64,000 nucleotides of DNA from Rhodothermales bacterium (lineage in GTDB: Bacteria; Bacteroidota; Rhodothermia; Rhodothermales; JAHQVL01): positions 776-64,775 of the forward strand of contig JBGCEN010000317.1 in assembly GCA_045106435.1 (NCBI GenBank). The letters are read 5' to 3'. Every line of letters starts with the position of its first letter. The stretch's first letter is position 1. Both the position numbers and the translations under genes were made by a program. Below the pieces are notes generated by a model. It was not told the origin of the DNA. It saw only the letters and a program-made list of their open reading frames with translations, and did no database searches. Below, one piece after another: positions 55,804 to 64,000 of this stretch.

Positions 55804-57246
55804 TTATGCATTATAGTGTGCATTCATAGCGCGCATGTATTGATGCATGGCTATTTTTTGTTCAGTATGGTTTAGGCTTATCGCCATGCCGAGCCCCACA
55901 AACATCCATGTAAATGGTTCGAAATCGTAAGCGATATAATAGGCCGATGAGCCCAGAATAATTACGAGTGCAAGCAGGCAAGTCATTTTATAGAATGGAT
56001 CAGCCGTCTCTTTATAGGTTCTTTTTAATCTAACATACATCTGAATAACAAAACCTAAATAGAGTAGCAGGCCGATGAGTCCAACTTGATATAGTAGCTG
56101 GACATATTGGTTATGGAGCATTTTAGTCACAATCAATCCGTTCGGCGCGCGCATCATGAAGTAATTTCCGAGGCCTTTGCCCTCGAGTAAATGCGCGCTT
56201 GATTGCTTAATGGCATCGAGCCAAATGAGATAACGCCAGTTTGCCGTCTCATCTTTGGTCGGATCTGTTAAGGCTACCAGGCGCTCTTCCATGAAGCCGA
56301 CCAGGTCCAGATCATCATAAAAAAAGTTGATCAAGAGGAGGGCTGTGAAAGCAGCCATCCCCATCTTCATCAGATTGCCCAGCTTTAAATGTCCCATGAG
56401 AAACAGCACAAACATCGATACCATGGCTGCAAGCCAGACGGACCTATGGCTAGCAATAACCGTGAGGGCCATCGATAGGGCAATGAGTGTGGCAAACCAA
56501 AAATTACCATACTTCCAGAATCCATAGCGCTGCATTAAGTAAATGCCAAGTGTACCCCAGACAAGGCCAAGTGAGCCATGCTGATACAGCCATTTTGCAT
56601 ACGCTGCAAATCTGAATTTATGTACGTAGCCGCCACGGAATAACCCAATGGCAATCATGATCATGGTCACCCATATCAGGACCTTGAACATTTTCCATTG
56701 CTCAGCCCGTGTAGCCGCAAAGATCACGATGTAAGGGATGATCAATATCTCCCTGAAATACGTTCTGAACTCACCCAGTGGGCTAACCAGACCAAACATG
56801 GAGGCTGATCTGGCGAGTTCAAAAATCATCCAGAGCATAAAGATACTCCAGATTGACATCTCCTTGAAGAATGCTCTTTTCGCCCTTGGATCGCCGATAA
56901 AGAGCTTTGCCATCATGGCGGACAACATGCTGAATAATATGGGGTCTCCATATAACATATCGATGCCGCCGCCAATATTTATCGATGGCTCTATGTATTT
57001 GGAATAGTCCCAAATGATCATTTCAACCATGACCTGGGTAGAGAATGCCCACAAGGCTATCATAAAAGAAGGATAGCGATAGGCAATCACAAAGAAGATA
57101 AGTGCAGCACACAGGCCATTCAGCAGGATGACGATTTTCTCGCCGCCGAACACAAGAATGGCAAAAAACAAAACGGCACCAATGCAGAGCGCAATGAGCT
57201 CTACCGGGCTCCATTTGCTTCCTATGTTTTCCAAAAGGCTGGACAT
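55804..57246 (-). CDS. wzy: O-antigen ligase/polymerase-family membrane protein (Wzy-like polymerase)
   Basis: 480 aa with about 10-12 TM helices and one larger loop. A+T-rich. The locus also has wzx and wzc. Confidence 0.7.
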   Translation of the reverse strand: MSSLLENIGSKWSPVELIALCIGAVLFFAILVFGGEKIVILLNGLCAALIFFVIAYRYPSFMIALWAFSTQVMVEMIIWDYSKYIEPSINIGGGIDMLYGDPILFSMLSAMMAKLFIGDPRAKRAFFKEMSIWSIFMLWMIFELARSASMFGLVSPLGEFRTYFREILIIPYIVIFAATRAEQWKMFKVLIWVTMIMIAIGLFRGGYVHKFRFAAYAKWLYQHGSLGLVWGTLGIYLMQRYGFWKYGNFWFATLIALSMALTVIASHRSVWLAAMVSMFVLFLMGHLKLGNLMKMGMAAFTALLLINFFYDDLDLVGFMEERLVALTDPTKDETANWRYLIWLDAIKQSSAHLLEGKGLGNYFMMRAPNGLIVTKMLHNQYVQLLYQVGLIGLLLYLGFVIQMYVRLKRTYKETADPFYKMTCLLALVIILGSSAYYIAYDFEPFTWMFVGLGMAISLNHTEQKIAMHQYMRAMNAHYNA

Positions 57247-57425
57247 TGGGTGACGTCTAAAAAGTAAATATTATATCGAAAAATTCTGGCTAGCCGGCAC
57301 ATTTTGTTTTTTTGTTAGCTAGGCCGGCTACCTTAAAAAGTTTTTATACTATTGATATATCGACTGCAATATTGTAGTCATCAGTTTTGTTGCCTAAACA
57401 ATCTACAAAGATATCAATTCTATTG

Positions 57426-60224
57426 TTATGCCAACGCTGATGTTTGGATAATAAGCGACACCGCCTTTACGTCTGAGTAGGCAGTGACCAAAAGCGGTGT
57501 TTGCGGCATTACGCTGTTTAGTCTCGTTAATGGCATCGTTCCGTCCAGACCTGTTCGCGTACCGCGGATCAGTTCACCGGACAGGGTACTAATTTGTACA
57601 TCCGCATCGGGTATTAACAATGTGGCTGGTAAGGCACTGGTTGGCCGGCGTCCTGTGTCTTTTGATGCAAGATAGAGCGCACTGCCTCCGCGTGGGTCCT
57701 CGTCTGGTGGATCTACCAGGTTTCGTATCGCGAGGCTCGTATTTGGATCCTCCAATTGCGGGTTAAATTCCATTTGGAGGAAATTCCAATAGAATACACC
57801 TTCTCTGCTTCTCAGGCTTGGTGACTCATAATCTGCATGATATAATGCGTAAACTCGCAACGTGCGCCCGTCATAGTCTTCCATGCGTTCGCCAAAGTCT
57901 TCTTTGGGAGAGCGCCCGGAGCCCCGGCCAATAGGGCCAAAGCAACATTCTGGAAGTCTGTGCTCTTTGTTTACCATTATACAGCCGTTGTGTACATCAC
58001 CGTAAACGGTTGTAATGCCTTCCCGACTACCTAACAGATTTAAGACGCGGTCGGAAGCTGCTTTAACCCAGCCGGCATAGTCTGCAACAACACGATCTCG
58101 CTGCTCGAATTTTTGTCCTGTTTCGCTGTTTGTTTTTACGCCAGACCAAATGGTATGCAGTCCGTTGATGCCTGTAACGCAGACCAGCGGAGAGGCGTCG
58201 GTTTTTATCTGCTGTTCAAGCCAGCTAAATTGTTCTTCGCCGAGGAGGGTGCGCGTAGGGTTGGCGCGGTCATAGGCGTTGTCAAGATGCCCCCAGCCTT
58301 CGTCATCCCAGATGCGCGTGTCTTGTGACGTTCGCCAGAGCCTGGCATCCATGATGTAGATGCTGAAATCCTTGGCCGGCATTCGCCATTTGCGCCAGTT
58401 TTTAGGGTTGGAAACAGCGTCGGGTGCTTCGTCACCAGAAATCAGGTGTTGCACAATCTGAAAATTACGACGCATGTACGCCGGATCCTGGCCTGTATTT
58501 TCTTCTTTTCTGACAATCAACTGCTCTGGGCCTTTTACGTCATCCATTCCGAAGTCGTGATCTCCGGGGTTTATAACATTCCAGTGCCGCATCATTTGCC
58601 AGCGCGTGGTCGGGCCGGCGATGGTTGTGTTGATTACTTTATAGGCATCGTCCGTGCTGGGTGGAGCAAACATGAGCTCCAGGTACCAGACATCATCTTC
58701 CCAAAGCATCACCTGGAAGTCATAAGATTCAAGGTGTTGAAAAGCGCGAGGAGTCGGTTGGTCGTGTACGTACCAGGACTGATATTCTTGCCAATCAGGT
58801 AAGTCGGGGTTGTTTTTGTGTATAGAATGGCAGCTCAGTCCACAAATTTTGTAAGGTGCAACCAACTGAGGCAAGCGGCCGATATATTGTCCGGTGCGGG
58901 GTACTTTCCCAATAAAACCCGTCCCCGGACCAACGCTATTTGAGCCTATGCGGAGATCTTCAGTTACGTCGACACCGTCTTTCCATACAGTATAATATAG
59001 GGTTCGGCTATCAGGCGGGTAGGGGAGTTGTGCATCTAGCACTGCCGTGTTGCGCCTGAAGTTGTTTGTTACAATAGGTGCAACTGCTGCTACAGGAACG
59101 TTTGCCCAACCTTCTGCAGGAAATTCCGTGTCGGAAATTCTTAGCGCAACTTCCTGTCCATGATTCCTGAATATTGAGATGAATTTGCATTGCCATCCCG
59201 CTGCAGTTTTGGTCAGCGTGTCTCCAAGGGGATAACACACTTGAAGCTCATTGGTTGGAACACTGAGTTGGAGGTTTTCGCCAGGATCAAGTGAGATGTT
59301 AGAAACCTCAAAGTCAATCAATCCTCTTGCTACGAGACCGAAATACCCGTTGGTATACAACATCCGATTGACGCGTGGCAACTGAATTGTATGCCAGTCA
59401 TCATCAATCTGCAGGATGGCAGAGATATCAGCGTACTGCTCATCGTCGCCGGCTACAAAAAGGGTAATCGATCCGATAGCGCCGGCTTTAAGCTTGCCAA
59501 AATTTAGCGCCGCATTTTCGTCAACTGGATTCAGGTCATCGGTGAGATGGCTGTAAAATCCAAAATTGGCGTCGTCTGAAACGAGCGCCATCCATGCGGC
59601 TTCTTTTGTGTTTTGACCGGGTAGCAGGGACTTGAGCAGCGAGACTTCCTGGCCGGTATTGCTCCCCGTCCAGCTTTCGTGCAGGCAGCTTGAGCCAAAA
59701 GCCAGGCCTAATACACCATATCCGGGCTGGGTTTGTAGTTCTTGTGCTTCAGACTGGTTTGCAGGCTTTGGTGCGTATTCTGGCAGGGCGAGAACCTTAA
59801 AATCAAAACGAATGGAGAAATTGCCAGAAAGCTGCCAGTCGCGCCGCCATATCATTCCAAAGGGTAAAGACGGATCACGATCTATGGGAATTTTTTGATC
59901 ACGATGGGTTTCATAATGCCAGGGAAACCAGTCGCCGGGCCTTTTGTCGCCTTCATTGGTGAGCCGTCGCCGCAACACATTGTTTTTGATTTCCCAGTAT
60001 CCAGGATTCATAGATTCCCATTCATTACCAATGGAAAATGAATCACTGCGTTCGAAATCATCAATGACAAAAGCACTGCTTCGGGCGGGGAGGCCCGGTG
60101 TGCCAGTGTTCGACGATGGTTGTGTGCATGACGAAACAATGGCGCCACCGCCAAGGCTGGTGGCGCCAATCATTCCCATACGCTGGAGAAAATTCCTGCG
60201 GGAAACAGGCTTCGATTTACTCAT
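57426..60224 (-). CDS. Tat-exported lipoprotein with a C-terminal PhoD-like metallophosphatase domain; the N-terminal approx. 450 aa are unknown
   Basis: Tat signal plus lipobox (SRRNFLQRMGMIGATSLGGGAIVSSC). PhoD-like motif series: NPGDHDFG, YIMDARLWRT, LLGEEQFSWLEQQI, VYGDVHNG. Confidence 0.5.
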   Translation of the reverse strand: MSKSKPVSRRNFLQRMGMIGATSLGGGAIVSSCTQPSSNTGTPGLPARSSAFVIDDFERSDSFSIGNEWESMNPGYWEIKNNVLRRRLTNEGDKRPGDWFPWHYETHRDQKIPIDRDPSLPFGMIWRRDWQLSGNFSIRFDFKVLALPEYAPKPANQSEAQELQTQPGYGVLGLAFGSSCLHESWTGSNTGQEVSLLKSLLPGQNTKEAAWMALVSDDANFGFYSHLTDDLNPVDENAALNFGKLKAGAIGSITLFVAGDDEQYADISAILQIDDDWHTIQLPRVNRMLYTNGYFGLVARGLIDFEVSNISLDPGENLQLSVPTNELQVCYPLGDTLTKTAAGWQCKFISIFRNHGQEVALRISDTEFPAEGWANVPVAAVAPIVTNNFRRNTAVLDAQLPYPPDSRTLYYTVWKDGVDVTEDLRIGSNSVGPGTGFIGKVPRTGQYIGRLPQLVAPYKICGLSCHSIHKNNPDLPDWQEYQSWYVHDQPTPRAFQHLESYDFQVMLWEDDVWYLELMFAPPSTDDAYKVINTTIAGPTTRWQMMRHWNVINPGDHDFGMDDVKGPEQLIVRKEENTGQDPAYMRRNFQIVQHLISGDEAPDAVSNPKNWRKWRMPAKDFSIYIMDARLWRTSQDTRIWDDEGWGHLDNAYDRANPTRTLLGEEQFSWLEQQIKTDASPLVCVTGINGLHTIWSGVKTNSETGQKFEQRDRVVADYAGWVKAASDRVLNLLGSREGITTVYGDVHNGCIMVNKEHRLPECCFGPIGRGSGRSPKEDFGERMEDYDGRTLRVYALYHADYESPSLRSREGVFYWNFLQMEFNPQLEDPNTSLAIRNLVDPPDEDPRGGSALYLASKDTGRRPTSALPATLLIPDADVQISTLSGELIRGTRTGLDGTMPLTRLNSVMPQTPLLVTAYSDVKAVSLIIQTSALA

Positions 60225-60243
60225 TGACTGGGATTGGTCGCGA

Positions 60244-61317
60244 TCAGGCAGGGTGATTTTCTTTGAGTGTCAGTTCTGCCTTTGCGGTAGCAAGGTCGGC
60301 TGCAACCATTTCGGCAACCATTTCTGCGAGGCTGCACTTGGGTGTCCAGTTCAATATCTCGCGTGCTTTTGCGGCATCTCCCAGGAGAAGTTCTACCTCG
60401 GTTGGGCGATAGTAGCGTGGATCTACAGCCACCAGCTCTTCGCCGGTATCTTTCCTGTATCCTTTTTCTTCTTCATTCTTGCCTTCCCATGCAACTTCGA
60501 TCCCTACGGAATTGAATGCTGCGTTACAGAAATCTCGTACCGTTGTGGTTTCACCGGTTGCAAGGACAAAATCTTCAGGCTTGTCTTGCTGTAGCATTAA
60601 CCACATGCCTTCAACATAGTCGCGCGCATGTCCCCAGTCTCTCTTTGCGTCGAGATTGCCAAGGAATAGTTTGTCCTGCAGGCCAATGCTGATACGTGCT
60701 GCAGCACGGGTAATTTTTCTTGTCACAAAAGTCTCGCCACGGCGCGGGCTTTCGTGGTTGAATAGGATACCATTGCAAGCATACATATTGTATGCTTCAC
60801 GATAGTTAACAGTGATCCAGTATCCGTAAAGTTTGGCTACGGCATACGGGCTTCTTGGATAGAAGGGGGTAGTTTCGCTCTGAGGAATTTCCTGGACTTT
60901 ACCGTAAAGCTCTGATGTTGAAGCCTGGTAGAATCGCGTTTTTTCCTGCAGTCCGAGAATGCGAATGGCTTCAAGTAAGCGAAGAGTACCCAGTCCATCG
61001 GTATTTGCTGTATACTCAGGTGTTTCAAAACTGACCTGCACGTGGCTTTGTGCAGCCAGGTTGTAAATCTCGTCGGGCTGTACTTCCTGGACAATACGGA
61101 TAAGATTCGTAGAGTCGGTCAGGTCGCCGTAGTGCAATTTGAATCGGGCACCGCTGTTGTGCGGATCTTCATAGATGTGATCAATCCGTTGTGTGTTAAA
61201 AGAACTTGCTCTTCTTTTAATCCCGTGGACTTCATATCCTTTTGCAAGCAAGAGCTCAGCTAGATAGGCTCCATCCTGACCCGTGACACCGGTGATTAAT
61301 GCGCGCCGATTTTCCAT
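60244..61317 (-). CDS. gmd: GDP-mannose 4,6-dehydratase
   Basis: [56 protein letters not shown] and [19 protein letters not shown] give a near-canonical Gmd. Confidence 0.95.
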   Translation of the reverse strand: MENRRALITGVTGQDGAYLAELLLAKGYEVHGIKRRASSFNTQRIDHIYEDPHNSGARFKLHYGDLTDSTNLIRIVQEVQPDEIYNLAAQSHVQVSFETPEYTANTDGLGTLRLLEAIRILGLQEKTRFYQASTSELYGKVQEIPQSETTPFYPRSPYAVAKLYGYWITVNYREAYNMYACNGILFNHESPRRGETFVTRKITRAAARISIGLQDKLFLGNLDAKRDWGHARDYVEGMWLMLQQDKPEDFVLATGETTTVRDFCNAAFNSVGIEVAWEGKNEEEKGYRKDTGEELVAVDPRYYRPTEVELLLGDAAKAREILNWTPKCSLAEMVAEMVAADLATAKAELTLKENHPA

Positions 61318-61366
61318 TCTATTTCCTTATTTCTTTCCCTAATTAATAGATTTAGTTTTGTAATTA

Positions 61367-61399
61367 CTGAGCCGGCAAATAAGATGCCGACAGGCTCAG
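61367..61399 (-). terminator. Imperfect hairpin between fcl and gmd (weak attenuator/terminator candidate)
   Basis: CTGAGCC..GGC..GCC..GGCTCAG. It sits in the 122-nt fcl-gmd spacer and has no clear U-tract. Confidence 0.3.
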
Positions 61400-61439
61400 C
61401 CAATTTGAACACAATAGGATGCTGTTATGAATAGATTGC

Positions 61440-62417
61440 TTACGAGGTGGCTAAATAGTTATCGCAAAACCACTCGTGTGACATTCTGATACCATCTTCA
61501 AGAGACGTTTTTGCCGTCCATCCAAGTTTTTCCATTCTGGATACATCCATCAATTTTCGAGGTGTGCCGTCTGGCTTGGATGCGTCGTAAATTATTTCGC
61601 TTTTGCTATTGAGAATTGATCTGATAAGCTCAGCAAGTCCACGAATGCTAATGTCTTTGCCGGCCCCTACATTCAGAATGCCATCAGGGGCAATGCTGAA
61701 GATGGCCTCTGAAGATTGCTCCATGGCAAACACACAAGCGTCTGCCATGTCATCTACATACAAAAACTCACGCAAGGGTGTACCGCTTCCCCATAGTGTA
61801 ACGGAAGCATCTGGCATGCCGTCTGTGCCTTTGGCTTCGTGGAATTTTCTGATGAGTGCCGGCAAAACATGACTCGTTTGAAGGTCAAAGTTGTCATGTG
61901 GGCCATATAGATTGGTTGGCATCACGCTGAAAAAGTCACTACCATACTGCTTTCTATAGGCTTCGCACATTTTGATGCCAGAGATTTTGGCAATGGCATA
62001 CCATTCATTTGTTGGCTCAAGCGGGCCTGTCAGCAAGCAATCCTCCCGTAGTGGCTGCTCCGCCAGTTTGGGGTAGATGCACGAACTGCCCAGAAAAAGC
62101 AGACGCTTCGTTTTTGCCTGATGTGCAGCGCGAATGACATTTGCCTGAATGGCTATGTTGTCGCTAATGAAATCTGCAGGATAAGTGTTGTTGGCATGAA
62201 TACCACCAACTTTGGCCGCTGCAAGAATCACGCACGCTGGTTTATATTCGTTGAAAAATGCTTCAACATCTGCCTGGCGAAGGAGATCTAGCTCCTGGCG
62301 TGTTCTAACGATAATATTTGTGTATCCACCAGCCGCTAATCTTCTGACAATGGCTGAGCCTACCAGACCACGATGGCCGGCAACAAAAATGGGTTCAGTT
62401 TTTCCTACTTGTGGCAT
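61440..62417 (-). CDS. fcl: GDP-L-fucose synthase (GDP-4-keto-6-deoxymannose 3,5-epimerase/4-reductase)
   Basis: IFVAGHRGLVGSAIVRRL, LGSSCIYPK, YAIAKI, NLYGPHDNF, and REFLYVDDMADA. Confidence 0.93.
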   Translation of the reverse strand: MPQVGKTEPIFVAGHRGLVGSAIVRRLAAGGYTNIIVRTRQELDLLRQADVEAFFNEYKPACVILAAAKVGGIHANNTYPADFISDNIAIQANVIRAAHQAKTKRLLFLGSSCIYPKLAEQPLREDCLLTGPLEPTNEWYAIAKISGIKMCEAYRKQYGSDFFSVMPTNLYGPHDNFDLQTSHVLPALIRKFHEAKGTDGMPDASVTLWGSGTPLREFLYVDDMADACVFAMEQSSEAIFSIAPDGILNVGAGKDISIRGLAELIRSILNSKSEIIYDASKPDGTPRKLMDVSRMEKLGWTAKTSLEDGIRMSHEWFCDNYLATS

Positions 62418-62422
62418 AAAAA

Positions 62423-62983
62423 TTAATTTCCAGAAGTTAGCCGTTCAACCAGCAATAATGTAGAGAGAAGAGGTCCAATGACGGTGAAAACATCCCGCCA
62501 ATTCATTTTCCGTTTCTGCTCAATGTCGATAATAACAATATCTCCTTCAGAGAGTGTCGGGGAATCCGCAGCGCGGTCCATGACCTCGCTAAAAGATGCT
62601 TCATATGCAAGCGATCGTGCACTGCCGGAATTCCGGTACATGCGAACTGTAACAGTTTCTTTTACATCCGGCTGGCTAAATATGCTTGGACCGCCGCCCA
62701 GTGCTAACAACAACGCGAGGTTTGACCCTTCTTCAAGAACATATACCCCTGGATTCTTGATTTTTCCAAAGGCTGAGATTTGAATGGTAGCAGAGCCAGG
62801 TTCGACGAGATAGTAAAACGCATCGATGTTTGTATCTGTATCCTCTATTCGGCCAAAGCGTGCTCCTGAATCAGGATTAGTGACCTGTGCGTGCGCAGTG
62901 TGAACGAATTGGAAGCATAATATAAGGCCAAGAGCGAGCACCCACCGGGCGCTCGCTCCTGAAGCTGGAGCAATAATAGACAT
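62423..62983 (-). CDS. Small secreted SLBB-domain protein (minimal polysaccharide-export/OPX-like component)
   Basis: Signal peptide (ALGLILCFQFVHTAHA). SLBB-like segments (ISAFGKIKNPGVYVLEEGSNLALLLALGGGP, LSEGDIVIID). Hydrophobic C-terminal helix. It sits between wzc and fcl. Confidence 0.5.
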   Translation of the reverse strand: MSIIAPASGASARWVLALGLILCFQFVHTAHAQVTNPDSGARFGRIEDTDTNIDAFYYLVEPGSATIQISAFGKIKNPGVYVLEEGSNLALLLALGGGPSIFSQPDVKETVTVRMYRNSGSARSLAYEASFSEVMDRAADSPTLSEGDIVIIDIEQKRKMNWRDVFTVIGPLLSTLLLVERLTSGN

Positions 62984-63051
62984 AACTATTAGGGGGAAAT
63001 GGATTAATAAATAATACTGGAAATGTTAAATCAGAACAATAATGAAATGGC

Positions 63052-64000
63052 TTAGCTGGCTACATAACTGTTAGAGCCGTAACTATATCCATATGTATTT
63101 TTATAGCCGTACATACTAGAAGGATCAAATCTATTTAATACTGTCCCAAGTATTTTGGCATTCACACTTTTCAGTTCTTCAAGCGTCTGGTTCAGTGCTT
63201 CCATGTCGGTACCATCAGAAGAAGCTACAACAACCACGCCATCACACTGACGAGATAAGAGTACAGGGTCAACACATCCCAGAACAGGCGGTGTGTCAAA
63301 GATAATAATGTCAAATTCGGTCCGGAATCTTTCGATTAAGTCAATCATCTTCCGTGAACCAAGCAGCTCAGCCGGCTGTGATACAGGGATGCCTGTAATA
63401 ACATAGACATTTTCTATCCCCGTAAAGAACCGCTCCGAATCCCATCGGCTTTCGTCTTCAGACAATAACTCAAGGAGACTTGGGCCTTCAGGCAATCCTA
63501 ATTTGTCGTGCAAAGAAGGCCTGCGCAAGTCAGCGTCAACTACCAGTGTTCTTTTACCCGCCTGGGCGGTCGTAAACGCAAGGTTGAGTGACGTTGTGCT
63601 TTTGCCGGCGCCGGCTTTCGGACTTGTAATCATCAAGTTCTGAATGCCCATGTCATCGCGGCTGAATTGCATCTTAATATATAGCCGGCGATAAGCCTCG
63701 GCAATTGGCGACATCGGCGCAATGAGTGCAGCAAGTGAAGTACTCACTTCCCTGCCTTCAAAGTCGATTTTCAATCGCTTGCCAAATTCCTTCTTGATCA
63801 ACTGACGCATGTCAGGCACAACGCCCAGCATGTTGATGTCGCGGTCATTCAGGTCATCTGGAGAGTAGACTTTCGTATCAAACTTGCGTCTGGCTACTGC
63901 TACACCAATACCCATCATCAAACCGAGCATCAAGCCCATGATCATGTTGATGAGTTTTTTGGGTTTGATTGGATCTTTAGCGCTTAAAGCAGGGCTAAGG
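63052..64000 (-). CDS. wzc: Wzc-type polysaccharide co-polymerase/BY tyrosine kinase, C-terminal part. The 5' end lies outside the window.
   Basis: The reading frame stays open to base 64000 (checked codon by codon). It has a TM helix and then the kinase domain: Walker A SPKAGAGKSTTSLNLA, Walker A' VVDADLRRP, Walker B IIIFDTPP, and a C-terminal Tyr cluster YGYKNTYGYSYGSNSY. Confidence 0.88.
   Translation of the reverse strand, partial: LSPALSAKDPIKPKKLINMIMGLMLGLMMGIGVAVARRKFDTKVYSPDDLNDRDINMLGVVPDMRQLIKKEFGKRLKIDFEGREVSTSLAALIAPMSPIAEAYRRLYIKMQFSRDDMGIQNLMITSPKAGAGKSTTSLNLAFTTAQAGKRTLVVDADLRRPSLHDKLGLPEGPSLLELLSEDESRWDSERFFTGIENVYVITGIPVSQPAELLGSRKMIDLIERFRTEFDIIIFDTPPVLGCVDPVLLSRQCDGVVVVASSDGTDMEALNQTLEELKSVNAKILGTVLNRFDPSSMYGYKNTYGYSYGSNSYVAS

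Noticed and set aside
57283-57325. GCTAGCCGGC ... GCTAGGCCGGCTA near-repeat/palindrome upstream of wzy, considered as a regulatory hairpin.
   Set aside because: The pairing relies almost entirely on the ubiquitous GCCGGC palindrome. The stem is short, with a loop of about 25 nt of T-rich sequence. It is not distinguishable from background.
1-64000. Prophage, integrative element, transposon or defence island.
   Set aside because: I found no integrase, transposase, recombinase, phage structural gene, toxin-antitoxin, restriction-modification or known defence-system domain. There is also no tRNA that could serve as an attachment site.

Overview
This window looks like a marine Bacteroidota/Rhodothermota-type chromosome. 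The lineage guess is an inference from gene content: a CarboxypepD_reg-type TonB receptor with a DUF4249 partner, DUF5686-like proteins, an HK-REC-AraC hybrid regulator, and a PSCyt/DUF1553 + DUF1501 pair. GC is mid-40s percent by eye. I found no rRNA, tRNA, CRISPR array, transposase or integrase. Bases 1-38.2 kb carry mixed-strand accessory and housekeeping genes. These include a partial NupG-like transporter, two tandem DUF5686-like outer-membrane paralogues, PAP2, a sulfatase, a PhyH dioxygenase and an orphan HslV-like Ntn hydrolase abutting a secreted CAP-domain protein. They also include DUF1080, a lipase-like hydrolase, a TonB receptor/DUF4249 pair, a short SecA paralogue with a C-terminal membrane anchor, a PSCyt2-LamG-DUF1553/DUF1501 pair, two hybrid sensor kinases and a PHP metallohydrolase. 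Bases 38.3-64.0 kb form one almost uninterrupted minus-strand Wzx/Wzy-type polysaccharide locus. It encodes a Wzc kinase (truncated by the window edge), an SLBB protein, fcl, gmd, a Tat-exported PhoD-like protein, wzy, two sulfotransferases flanking wzx, five glycosyltransferases, a secreted beta-helix/dockerin-like protein, a fused Sat-CysC PAPS synthase, ugd, a UDP-xylose synthase and a priming phosphotransferase. My main hypothesis is that this locus makes a sulfated fucose/xylose/glucuronate heteropolysaccharide (fucoidan-like chemistry) and supplies its own sulfate donor. Secondary observations are a family of 7-nt-period intergenic repeats and inverted repeats, a triple 15-bp direct repeat inside the locus, and strong enrichment of the palindrome GCCGGC. 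All functional calls come from motif recognition by eye; no database search was run.
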